Of a DNA stretch of 64,000 nt, positions 49,597-61,548 are shown one piece after another. The translations under genes and the position numbers were made by a program. The notes beneath the pieces are model-generated. The model saw only the letters and a program-made list of their open reading frames with translations. It ran no database searches and was not told the origin of the DNA. The stretch covers positions 12,338,001 through 12,402,000 of the forward strand of contig NC_043013.1 in assembly GCF_006345805.1 (NCBI RefSeq), written 5' to 3'. Position 1 is the first letter of the stretch, and the number at the start of each line of letters is the position of its first letter. This DNA is from Octopus sinensis. Its lineage: Eukaryota.

Positions 49597-50350
49597 TAAT
49601 CCATATTTTATGCACTCGTAATGCAGCCAGTGGCTGCTGCTGCTAATATGGTAGATTGTAATGGGTGTTATATTTGTTGTTGTTGTTGTTGTTATTACTA
49701 TTGTTGTTGTTGCTGTTAACCAAGTGATATCATGACAAATGTCAAGTGCTGACATTTGACAAGTGGAGTGGCTAGTAGTTTTTTTCTTCTTTTTTTTTGC
49801 TTCTTTTTTTCTTGTTTCTTTTTTTTGCTTCTTCCCTTCTTTTGTTGTTTTATTATGAATATTATTATTATTATTATTATTAATATTATTGCTATTATTA
49901 TCATAAGTATCATTATTTTTATTATTATTAATAATAGCAACAGTGGTGGTGGTAGTAGTATCAGTTTTATTATTGTACTTTGGTTGATGGTGACTAAACT
50001 GCATTGTTCTCCTTAATGCTGTTGTTATTGTGATAATAGTTGTGGTGGAGGTTGTTCTTGCTGTTGTTGTTGTAGGTGACTAAACACCTTGTGTTCAGTT
50101 TAATTTCCATTGTTGCTGGTTGCTGTTGCTGTTGTTGCTGTTCATTAAACATATTGTTCTTTCTAATTCTCTTGTTACCCTCGTTAAGGTGGTGGTGGCG
50201 GCGGTGGTAGTGGTGGTGGTGGTGGTGGTGGTGGTACAGCATGTACATGTGTGTGTGTGTGTGTGTCTGCTTCTGCATGTGTTTCTGTGTCTGTCTATTT
50301 CAGGTTGGAGTCTACAAACACCTCCATTGTCAACTGTATGTACACATGTA

Positions 50351-50397
<47 letters not shown>

Positions 50398-50399
50398 AT

Positions 50400-50404
50400 G
50401 TATG

Positions 50405-50455
<51 letters not shown>

Positions 50456-50669
50456 TATATATATATATAAATATATGTATATATATATATCTGTATATAT
50501 ATATGTATATATATATAAATATATGTATATATATATGTATATATATATATGTATATATATATAATGTATATATATATATATGTATATATATATATGTATA
50601 TATATATATATGTTATATATATATGTGTATATATATATGTATATATATATATTATATATATATATTATG

Positions 50670-50701
<32 letters not shown>

Positions 50702-50731
50702 ATATATATATATGTATATATAATATATATG

Positions 50732-50764
<33 letters not shown>

Positions 50765-50817
50765 GTATATATATAATGTATATATATAATGTATATATAT
50801 ATGTATATATATATATG

Positions 50818-50849
<32 letters not shown>

Positions 50850-50910
50850 TATAGATATATATATATATATTATATATATATATATATATTATATATATAT
50901 ATATATATAT
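50400..50910. repeat. About 500-bp interrupted (TA)n array
   Basis: Directly visible. Confidence 0.95.
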
Positions 50911-52029
50911 AATAGAAGTGTTTGTGTGTGTCTGTGGTTGTACATATCTATATTTGCACGTGTGTGTATGTGCATTTGTATCTGTGTATGTGTGTTGTTC
51001 TTGTCTGTGTTTGTACCTGTGTGTATATGTTTGTACCTGTACCTGTGTGTATGTGTGTTTGTACATATGTATATGTATGTTTTTGTTTGTATGAATGTAG
51101 TTCAGTTTGGAGTAGATAAAGAGGCCACCACCATTGTCAGCAGTGTGTCTGTGTGGATGTGTGGATGTATATTTCAGTTTAAAGATTATACAGTCACTTC
51201 CATGATTATTGTGTGTATGTGTGTGTGAGAGAGAGAGAAAATGTATGTGTGTGAAAGTGTGTGTAGACATGCGTTTGAGTGTGTGTGTGCAAGTGTATGT
51301 GTGTGTATGTTTATGTGTGGTGGATCTATATATCATCTTACGATTTATACAGTCACCTCCATGGTTATTATGTGTGTGTGTGTGTGTGTGAACATGCGAG
51401 TGTATGTGTGCATTTATGCCTCTGTGTGTGTGTGTGTATGTGTGTGTATTTGTAATGGCTCCATAAGCCAAATGTGTATGCTTTTCAACATGCATTTTAT
51501 AAATACCCTCTTGTCCACCATAATCAACCCTGCATGTGTGTGTTTATGCAATTATCTCTTCTCCACCCCCACCCCCTCTACCACCACCACCCACTTCACC
51601 AATGGTATTGAATAAATTGATGAAGGGTGGATGCAAGGGTGCCCCGCGTCGTTATACACCCACGACTATCACCACCTCTACTTCATCTGTATACACCCCC
51701 GGTTGGATAGACTGGGTCTTTTACTCCCCTCCATTTCACTCCCACCCACCCCACCCCACCATCTCACCTGTATGTTTGTTGGGTGCATGTGTGTGGGGGT
51801 GTGGGGGGGCCTGTAAATACTCTTTAACTGGTTCATTCGTCTGTGGCCATGCTTGAGCACTGCCTTCAAGGAGACTAGACTGGCCAGTAGTCGCCCTTCC
51901 AGTTCTTGTTCTTGTCTGCTGCTTATTTTGTTGATCTCCGTCTGTTGAACTGTTAAGTTCTGAAAAAATATATGGGTCGTAGTGTTGTCATGGTGATACA
52001 CGCACACATATACAAACACAGATATGAAT

Positions 52030-52062
<33 letters not shown>

Positions 52063-52083
52063 GATATAGATAGAATTTATATA

Positions 52084-52140
<57 letters not shown>

Positions 52141-52744
52141 TATACATATATATAATATATAATGTATATATATATAATTATATACATATATAATTATATA
52201 TATATATAAAAATAATAATACTATATATATATGTATATATATATATATATCATGGGCTTTCTTCATCTTCTGTCTACCAAATCCGCTCTCAAGGCTTTGG
52301 TCCGTCAAGCAATATAATAGAAGACAATGTGTCACAGAATGGGACTGAACTGAAGGACACCTGGTTGGGAGGCAAGCATCTTAACCGCCACAGCCACACC
52401 TGTGTCTATTTATTTATCTATCTATCTATTTATTTATTTATTTATTTTTGGTCTTTAATTTAGCTTGTAGCGATCGTAGATCCCCCACATCCAGTTTGCA
52501 ATGGTTATATACTCGTTATCATAACACGATGTCACACTGACACATTTAATTAGTTAATTAAACATACCATCAACTGGAAATAATCAATGTTATTTTAAAA
52601 ATTTCCTGGCTTCTTGAGAAGCAACCAACATGCTGTTGTGGTGGAAGTCATCAGCGAGAGAACTACGTCTACTTAAATAACTATAGTCATATTGTTGTTG
52701 TTGTTGTTGTTGTTATTATCATTATTGTTGTTGTTGTTGTTAAT

Positions 52745-53150
52745 TAGCTAGAGAGCTAGTAGAATCATTAGCACACTGGCATTTCATCTGTCTTTACATT
52801 CTGAGTTCAAATTCCGCTGAGGTCTTCTTTGCCTTTCATCCTTACGAGGAGGCAGGGTCGATAAAATAAGTACCAGTTAAGTACTGGGTGTCGAACTAAC
52901 TGACTTACGGACTCCTCGAAATTGCTGGCCTTGTGCTGAAGCTGCAAGTCGTCATCGCCGTCGTCGAGGCAGTGAGATGGTAGAATCATTAGCACATTGA
53001 GCAAATGCTTTGTGGCATTTCATCTGTCCTTACGTTCTGAGTTCCAATTCCATCAGGGTCGATAGATTAAGTACCAGTGGAGTACTGGTGTCGATTACAT
53101 CGACTATCACACTCCCCCAAATTTCAGGCCTTGTGTCTACAATAGAAAGT
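52745..53150 (+). mobile_element. Two to three co-oriented SINE B copies
   Basis: AGAATCATTAGCAC...CTGAGTTC(A/C)AATTCC...GGGTCGAT recurs. Confidence 0.8.
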
Positions 53151-53171
53151 ATCATTATTATTATTATTATT

Positions 53172-53727
53172 GAGTGAGAGAACAGTTCATGCCATCAAAG
53201 TGACACTGGGGTAAAATATACGAAGCCCAGTATACCCATCATGACTACCCGTCTGATAAGGGTACACCAGGCACATGCATCACAACCATATGTGCGCAAC
53301 ATGGTGATCTCATATCAAGATAAACAGCACATGACCTTGCAGGTGGGCCCCAGTTAGAATTTTCTTCTGGTTGAGTAACCTATGCCGCTCAAAAGGTCCT
53401 TGAATAAAGATTGTTTAAGGATGTTGAACGAACCATCCATGTTTCCAAAGTGAATTATTCAAACCTCCAAGAATTCCTTTCAACACATGGCTATAATGCT
53501 CCCCCACTACTTCTGCTCATGATCAAAGATGCACATATCGTCAGCCACTAAGGGACATGCTCAACTGGTTATGGTCAAACAACTGACAAGCAAATCTGTG
53601 GTATTGAGCAGAATATTTGCTGTAGCCCATCTTTTATACCAAGACAAAACAATGTACGTGATAACACTTCCAATCAGTTAAGATCAAAAGCCATGAGAGC
53701 CACTGTCTGGTACTGCATCAGGGCATT
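53172..53727 (-). mobile_element. Element D, longest copy, in (ATT)n
   Basis: Reverse complement of 104-640 plus extra 5' AATGCCCTGATGCAGTACC. Confidence 0.85.
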
Positions 53728-53864
53728 TATTATTATTTTATTATTATTCTTATTATTATAGTAACAAACTGGCAGGATATTGTTAGTTAGGATGAAGGAT
53801 AAGGGGACAATACTAAGACAGACATCAAATGTGAGGGTTTACATATAATGGAATGGGAGAAAAT

Positions 53865-54205
53865 ATGGCTGTGTGGGTTCAGTCCCACTGTGTGGCACCT
53901 TGGGCAAGTATCTTCTTATATAGCCTCAGGCCGACCAAAGCCTTGTGAGTGGATTTGGTAGACGGAAACTGAAAGAAGCCTGTCGTATGTGCGTGTTTGT
54001 GTGTCTGTGTTTGATCCTACTACCACCACTATTGCTTGACAACTGATGTTGGTGTGTTTACATCCCCATAACTTAGCAGTTCAGCAAAAGAGATCAATAC
54101 GATAAGTACTAGGCTTACAAAGAATAAGTCCTGGGGTCAATTTGCTCGACTAAAAAAAGACGGTGCTCCAGTATGGCCACAGTCAAATCACTGAGACAAG
54201 TAAAA
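53865..54205 (+). mobile_element. SINE A
   Basis: Family A signature. Confidence 0.85.
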
Positions 54206-55693
54206 GAATATATATATTGCTACTAACTTCTGATTTCCTTTGGCAAGGCACAAGGAGGGCCTTAGTAAAGGGTTTGGTCAATTATATTAATCCCCTTCTC
54301 CAGTGCTTGGCAGATATTTATTTTATTGACCCTGGAATGGTGTAAAACTAAGTGGCCGTTGGTGGTGTTTGAACTCAGAACATAGACATCCAGGGAAAAA
54401 AGAATACCACAAGGTACTTTCTTCGATGCTCTAACGATTCCACCAAATGCTGCTAATAACTTCTGGCTTCCTTCGACAAGGCAGAAGGAGGGCCCTGTTG
54501 TTATTATTATAAAGGGAGTGGTTTATAGGGGAAGTAGTGGTGATTGTGCCTTTCCCAGGAGAAATTAACAGCATAACTGTTGTGAAGTAATCAATGAGAA
54601 GAGAGCTTGGTGTTGGTCCCTTCCTTCTCTATCAACCCCTGCGCTTGCTCTTGCTCTCTTTCTATCTCTCTCTCTCTCTCTCTTACTACATATTTATGTA
54701 CACACCACCTGGGTGGGAGACAGGGTGGTTCAGTCAAATTTATTGCTGACTAGTCATGTAATTGCTGCTGGTGTTGTTGTTGCTGTTAGTGTTGTTATTG
54801 TTATTCCTGCCATTTATCTTAACTAACAAAACTCAAAACTCCTTGAACATTAGAAGTGCCAACGGCAATGGAATTGAGGGTTGGCAAAGGGGGTTTGGTA
54901 GGTAGAGAAAGGGAGAGAGAGAGAGACTCTTGCATCTCTGAACCGCTCTCTCTCTCACTCTCACTCTCTCTCTCTCTCTCTCTCCTCTTTCATGTAAGAG
55001 TTGTCGTTGTCGTCGTTGTATATTTGGGTAAGAAAACTATACACCACCCTCTGGGGTAAGATATCTGAAGAATTATCTCGAAAACAATGGAGTTCTTTAT
55101 GAAATATTTCTGCAAAAACATTAAAGCAAAGTAATATACATACATACAAACATACATAAATACATATATAATAAAATAATAGTGATGATGATGATAGTGG
55201 TGGTGGTGGTGGTGGTGATGGTGATGAATAAGAACAACAACTACAACTGGAACAATAAAAACCATGAAAAAAACGAAAGATGCTGGTTTAGTTTCAAATC
55301 AGCAGGATGTTTGGCTGGGAAATGGAGAAGTTTGTAAGTGGTTGAGTTGGAAAGTGTGTGTGTGTGTGTGTGAGAGTGAGTGTGTGTGTGTGAGTGTGTG
55401 TGTGTAGAGAGAGAGAGAGAGAGTGGTATATATAGAGATATGTGTGTGTATATTTATATATATTTGTGTATATTTTATATATATATATATATATATACAT
55501 ATATGTATATTTACACACTTTACATTTTGGAGAGAGAGAATGTGTGTGTGTGTGTATCTGTCTGTCTACATGTGTATGTTATAAAGTATAAGCGTACACA
55601 TTCTCACATTCAAATGTACTTATACAGAAGCATTTTACCTATAACATCATTACAGTGATACAAACACACACACATAGTTATGTATGTATGCAC

Positions 55694-55728
<35 letters not shown>

Positions 55729-55948
55729 TGTATGTGTGTGTGAATGATAGTTTTATTACTGTCAGTCATTAGACTGGCCAGCTGGAGAATTCCTTTCAAT
55801 CATTGACACCCCTCCCCACACAGCAGTCTGGTACTTATTTCATTGATCTCTGTATAGTGAATGGCTAAGTCACCTTTTGATGTCAAGGGACGGAACTCAA
55901 TAAACAGAAATACACACACACACACACACATACATAATATATATATAT

Positions 55949-56137
55949 ATCTAGGTGGAGTTTACGAAAAAAACAAAAGACGAAGACAGGTGGTGTACAA
56001 AACAAACAGATGTATTAGTATAACACTCAGGAATAGAAAATGTCTTTTACGTTTCGAGCCTATGTTCTTCTACAGAAAGGGACACAGAAAAAACAAGGAG
56101 AGAATAAAATGTGTGTAGTGGCTAACGATCAATCATG
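55949..56137 (-). mobile_element. About 190-bp hammerhead element in (TA)n
   Basis: Distant relative of 45161-45372 (shares TTCCTGAG after the ribozyme); (TA)n on both sides. Confidence 0.7.
56044..56079 (-). ncRNA. Minimal type-I hammerhead ribozyme, variant core CTGTAGA
   Basis: Minus strand: CTTT CTGTAGA A GAAC ATAG GCTC GAAAC GTA AAAG. Confidence 0.6.
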
Positions 56138-56160
56138 TATATATATATATATATATATAT

Positions 56161-56509
56161 TAGGTGTGGCTGTGTAGTAAGAAGTTTGCTTCCCAACCAC
56201 ATGGTTCTGGGTTCAGTCTCACTGTGTGGACCTTGGGCAAGTGTCTTGTACTATAGCATTAGGCTGACCTAAGCCTTGTGAGTGTATTTGGTAGACAGAG
56301 ACTGAAAGAAGCCCGTTGTATATGTGTGTGTCTTGTTGTCCCCCTTCATAACCGATGTTGGTGCTTACATCTCTGTAACTTAGCAGTTCGGCAAAATAGA
56401 CCAATAAAAGAAGTACTAGGCTTACAAAGAATAAGACCTGGGTGTCAATTTGTTCAACTAAAGGCAGTGTTCCATAACGGCCGCAGTCAAATGACTCAAA
56501 CAGGGAAAA

Positions 56510-56510
<1 letters not shown>
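56161..56510 (+). mobile_element. SINE A, full length
   Basis: Family A signature. Confidence 0.85.
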
Positions 56511-56546
<36 letters not shown>

Positions 56547-57194
56547 AATATATATGTATGTATGTATGCATGTATATATAAACAGTCACAGAATTCTGGT
56601 GCGGTCTTCTGCCTGGTTGGCTCTTGTGAAACTGTCCCACCCATGCTACCATGGAAGGCAGGTGTTAAATGATGATGATATATATATATATATATATGTG
56701 TTGAGAAGTTAACTTCCCTGATACTTATTTGTGAGTTCAGTCCCACTGTGTGGCACCTTGAGCAAGTGTCTGCTAGTATAGCACCAGACTGGCTGAGGCT
56801 TTGTGAGTGGATTTGGTAGACAGGAACTGAAAGAAGCTCACTGTGTATGAGAGAGAGAGAGAGAGAGAGAGAGGAAGGGTCTTTCTTATAAGACAAATAG
56901 TTGTGAGCGAGCATCACTGTCACACATGCAGTGTCGTTCATTTCTGATATTCTCCCAGAAACATGTCTGGCTACAGGGAAATTATTACCTTGCCTGGAAT
57001 CAGGTGAGGAACAAGTTGGCAGCAGGAAGGGCATCCAGCTGGGGCGGGGTGGGGGGAATCTGCCTCAGTCAACTTAATGTGACTGATATGCAAGCATGGA
57101 AAAGTGAGCATTAAAATGATGGTGATGATGATGATGAAAATGATGATAATGAGTTAGTGATGATAGCGACCATGATGATATGCATGTGTGTATA

Positions 57195-57605
57195 CTCTTT
57201 TACTCTTTTATTTGTTTCAGTCATTTGACTGTGGTCATGCTGGAGCACCGCCTTTAGTCGAGCAAATCGACCCCAGGACTTATTCTTTGTAAACCTTGTA
57301 CTTATTCTATCGGTCTCTTTTGACGAACTGCTCTAAGTTACGAGGACGTAAACACACCAGCAATGGTTGTCAAATGATGTTGGGGGGACAAACACATACA
57401 CACAAACATACACACACACATATATATATACATATATATATGACAGGCTTCTTTCAGTTTCCGTCTGCCAAATCCACTCACAAGGCTTTGGTCGGCCCGA
57501 AGCTATAGTAGAAGACACTTGCCCAAGGTGCCATGCAGTGGGACTGAACCCGGAACCATGTGTTTAGTAAGCAAGCTACTTACCACACAGTCACACTTGC
57601 GCCTA
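57195..57605 (-). mobile_element. SINE A, full length
   Basis: Family A signature. Confidence 0.9.
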
Positions 57606-58339
57606 TGTATATATATATATATATATATATATAGCAATTAAGGACAACTACTTAATAAGGAAAACTTAACAAGAAATTGTCAGGTAGATAGCGTAAAAAC
57701 TCATAAGAGAAAAAATTTCGAAAATAATTATTTCTTATTGAACATATTAATTTATATATATAGAGGGCATTATATATATATATATATATATAATATACTG
57801 TATGTATATATGTGTGTGTAACATGTGTATGTGTTTATGTACACTCTCACACGCATAGCTATAAAATAGTAAAATATATGTATAAACACCATACTATACA
57901 ACGCGGATGTTGTATGATATGGTGTGTGTGTGTGTGTGTGTAATCACTCCAGCAGCCTAAGCAATGTCTGCCATGGGACTGTCTACCACAGAAAAAGAAG
58001 CTTCAGGTTTCTTTGCTTCATGTCTTTCCTAGAAGAATGTTTAAGTTGACTGTCAGGTCTTGTAATTTGACTAAACTTATCTTCTCTCTCTCTCTTCCTT
58101 TGGTCCTTGATGCTGTCGTTGTCGTTGTTGTTGTTGCTTTTGTCGTCCTAGTCAGCAGAAGAGTGAAGGTGGCGGCAGTGGCGATGGTTGTGTTTGGTGA
58201 GGACGGTTGTCAGAGTGTAATATTGAAAAAGATAACAAACATTAAGAATCTTTATACTAGCTGTAAAAACACGGCAGCCTTTCTTGGAGGATGTTGATGA
58301 TGATACAAGACAAAAAAAAAAAACACTCACCTTACCTCA

Positions 58340-58365
58340 CCTCGCCTCTCTCTGTTTCCCCCCTT

Positions 58366-58397
<32 letters not shown>

Positions 58398-58855
58398 GTC
58401 ACCGTTCCTCTTTTCCTCCCTTTTCTGCTACTCTCACTCTCTTCACCACCATCGTGTCTCTTGTAGCCACTGCTTTACTGTCTCCATCTTCTCTCTCCCA
58501 CCTTTCTCTCTCTCTCTCTCATTCGCTCTTTCTTTCCCTTTCTCTCTCTCTCACTTGCTTTTTCTTCCCCTCTCTCTCTCTATCATTCGTTCTTTCTTTC
58601 CCTTTCTCTCTCTCTCACTTGCTTTTTCTTCCCCCCTCTCTCTCTCTCATTCATTCTTTCTTTCCCTTTCTCTCTCTTTCTCTCACTTGCTCTTTCTCTC
58701 TCACTCACTCTTTCTTTCCCTTTCTCTCTCTCCCTCTCTTTCTGTCCTCTGTTTTCATTACCTGCTGCTTGTTCTTATCATGTATCTGTATGTGTAAGTA
58801 CACACACACACACACACACCCACACTCTCTCTCTCTCTGAGTGAGACTCAAGCAG

Positions 58856-58890
<35 letters not shown>

Positions 58891-59431
58891 CTCACACTCA
58901 CATACATATATCCGCTATTGTTTGAGTGTCACTCACTCACTCACTCTCACTCTGCTTGTATCTCCTTTTCTCTTTTTCCCTTCTCTCTTTCCCTCTCTCT
59001 CTCCCCCATTCTCTCTCTATTCCATCACATTATCTTCTGTCTTTGTTTTATCTGCCTTACTCTCTCTCTCTCCCTGTCTCCAATCCTACGTCCTACCTTT
59101 CTTACCCCCTCCTCTTCCTTCTCCTCTTTCCTTCTTTACTCTCTCTCTCTCTCTCTCTCTCTCCATGTCACAGACTACAGACTCCATCAACCTGTCCACA
59201 TACCATACACACACCTTACCACCACCACCACCACCACCACACCACTACTGCCGCCAGAACTGCAGCAGACAATGATGGTGCTGACGACGACGGCGGAGGT
59301 GACGTGTGAGGGTGGTGGCTGTTGTCGTGGCGGTGGTGGTGGTGGTGCTGTGGTGGTAATGAAGTGGGTGGGTGGATGGTGTTGATGTAGACAGAACTGG
59401 GTCAGCTGGTAATGTTATGTAATATTCTTAA

Positions 59432-59485
<54 letters not shown>

Positions 59486-59719
59486 CTGTCTCGTCCTTCT
59501 GCATACCTCAGATGTACACCTTTCTTCTTCTTCTTTTTCTCCTCTTCCTCCTTCTTCTCTTCCTCTGCCTCCTCCTCCTCCTCCTTCTTCTTCTTCTTCT
59601 TCTTCTTCTCCTTCTTCTTCTTCTTCCTCCTCCTCCTCTTCCTTCTTCTCTCCCCTATTTCTTTACATCATACCTTTCTCTTTGTTTCTGCCTCTCTATC
59701 TCTCTTTAATTATATCTAC

Positions 59720-59750
<31 letters not shown>

Positions 59751-60077
59751 CCCCTCTCCTCTCTCATTCCACTACTATGTACCTCTCTCTCTTCTCTCAT
59801 AGTCTACCTTCTTCATCTCTCTTTTATCCCTCTGTTTTACATTACACACACACACACACACACACTCTCTCTCTCTCTCTCCACCTCTATTCCTGCTTTT
59901 ACCATTTCTAACATTGTATCTATCTATCTCTCTCCTTTCTCCTTTGTCTCTTTGCCTCTGTCTCACTTTCTATGTCTCTTTCTCTCTTCCTCTCGCCATG
60001 TTTCTCTATGTTTCTGTCTGTCTCTGACTCTCTCCTCTCTCTCTCTTTCTCATAACTTTACCAACCTCCCCACCTAG
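58340..60077. repeat. Long polypyrimidine (CT/CTT)n domains with CA and GGT islands
   Basis: Directly visible. Confidence 0.9.
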
Positions 60078-60126
60078 ATAAATTTCCCCTGTCACCCAAT
60101 TACCCAAACCCAAATACTTTAAAAAG
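60078..60126 (+). CDS. Candidate internal exon (xKFPLSPNYPNPNTLK), unverified
   Basis: CCTAG| acceptor after a very long pyrimidine tract, donor AAG|GTATGT, single open frame. Confidence 0.2.
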
Positions 60127-60647
60127 GTATGTACCTACCCCCAACTCCCCTATTTGCTATAACTGTCATCATCACTGTCAACATCTTCATCCCCAACATC
60201 CCAGCATCACTGCAAACAACAACACTACCACCTCTACCATCACTACCCACCTCCATCATCACGGCTACCAACATCGCCCATCATCACCACTACCAACACC
60301 ATCATCATTTCCAGTGTCATCACCACCACCACCACTATCATTTGCTTGATGGAAACTGAAAGAAGCCCACCATGAGTGTGTGTGTGTGTATTACTGTCCA
60401 AATGCCCTAACGTTGCATGATCATATTATTGAGTGTCACCATCATAGAGGTAGTGTCCCACATTTTAAAATTTCAAAAAAAAAAAAAAAAAAGACACGTC
60501 TCTGGTCATAGTGGAAACATTACCTTGTTTGGAAATGTGAGGGTTGGGACAGGAAAGGCATCCAGCCATAAAAAAAAATCAGCTTCTAAAACATTCCAGT
60601 CAACCTATGTGAGCATGGAAGAGAGGATATCAAAATAATGATGAGAC

Positions 60648-61250
60648 ACAGGCATGGCTGTGTGGTAAGTAGCTTGCTTACCAACTACATGATTCCAGGT
60701 TCAGTTCCACTGCGTGGCACCTTGGGCAAATGTCTTTTACTATAGTTTCAGGCCGACCAAAGCCCTCTGAGTGGATTTGGTAGGCAGAAATTGAAAGAAG
60801 GCGGTGAGTTGGCTGAAACGTTAGCATGCCAGCCAAAATGCTTAGCGGTATTTTGTCTGCCGTTACATTATGAGTTCAAATTCTGCTGAGGTTGACTTAG
60901 CCTGTCATCCTTTCTGGGGCGATAAATTAAGTACCAGTTATGCACTGGGATCAATCTAATCGACTTAATCCCTTTGTCCTTGTTTGTCCCCTCTATGTTT
61001 ACCCCCTTGTGGGCAATAAAGAAATAAGAAACTGAAAGAAGCCCATTGTGTGTGTGTATGCGTGTCTGTGTTAGTTCTACCCCCTTCGTTTGACAACCAA
61101 TGTTGGTGTGTTTATGTCCCAGTAACTTAGCAGTTCAGCAAAAGAGGCCGATAGGCTTGCAGAAAATAAGTCCAGGGGTCGATTTGTTTGACTAAAGGAG
61201 GTGCTCCAGCATGGCTGCAATGAAATGGCTGAAACAAGTAAAAGAATAAA
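60648..61250 (+). mobile_element. SINE A interrupted by a SINE B insertion
   Basis: 5' half ends at 60800; 3' half resumes at 61027. Confidence 0.85.
60801..61026 (+). mobile_element. SINE B, full length, with 15-bp TSD
   Basis: AGAAATTGAAAGAAG (60786-60800) and AGAAACTGAAAGAAG (61027-61041). Confidence 0.9.
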
Positions 61251-61265
61251 AGAATACGTAAAGAG

Positions 61266-61548
61266 AAGGCATACGGCTACATGGTTGAGGTATTCAGCTC
61301 TGAATTGTAAGGTCACAAGTTCAATACCTGGTGGCATGCTGTGCCCTTCAGCTGGCAAACTGCGTAATATCTGTATTTCAAAATGCCAGCCTTGTCACAT
61401 TCTGTCACATGCTGAATCTCCTTAAGAATTATGTTAAGGTCATGTGTGTCTGTGGAGCGTTCAGCCACTTGCACTTTAATTTCACGAGCAGACTGTTCCG
61501 TTGATCAGATCAACTGGAACCTTGCTGTCGTAAGTGACTGAATACCAG
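61266..61548 (+). mobile_element. Degenerate tRNA-derived SINE 'G'
   Basis: AAGTTCAATACC B-box. The body AATTATGTTAAGG..GTCTGTGGA resembles 44570-44640. Confidence 0.55.

Noticed and set aside
53690-53727. Possible snRNA- or snoRNA-derived head on element D
   Set aside because: Only short, gapped resemblance to U2 or box C motifs, which is not enough to call.
9941-55000. Shared 14-mer TCTTTCATGTAAGA at about 9942 and 54986, and shared 13-mer CACTGAACAATGT at about 9814 and 40113
   Set aside because: Several chance matches of this length are expected in 64 kb of AT-rich DNA, and there is no flanking similarity.
55064-55090. CTGAAGA..GAAA near the candidate minus-strand exon
   Set aside because: The intervening ATTATCTC cannot form stem II, and there is no stem I or III.
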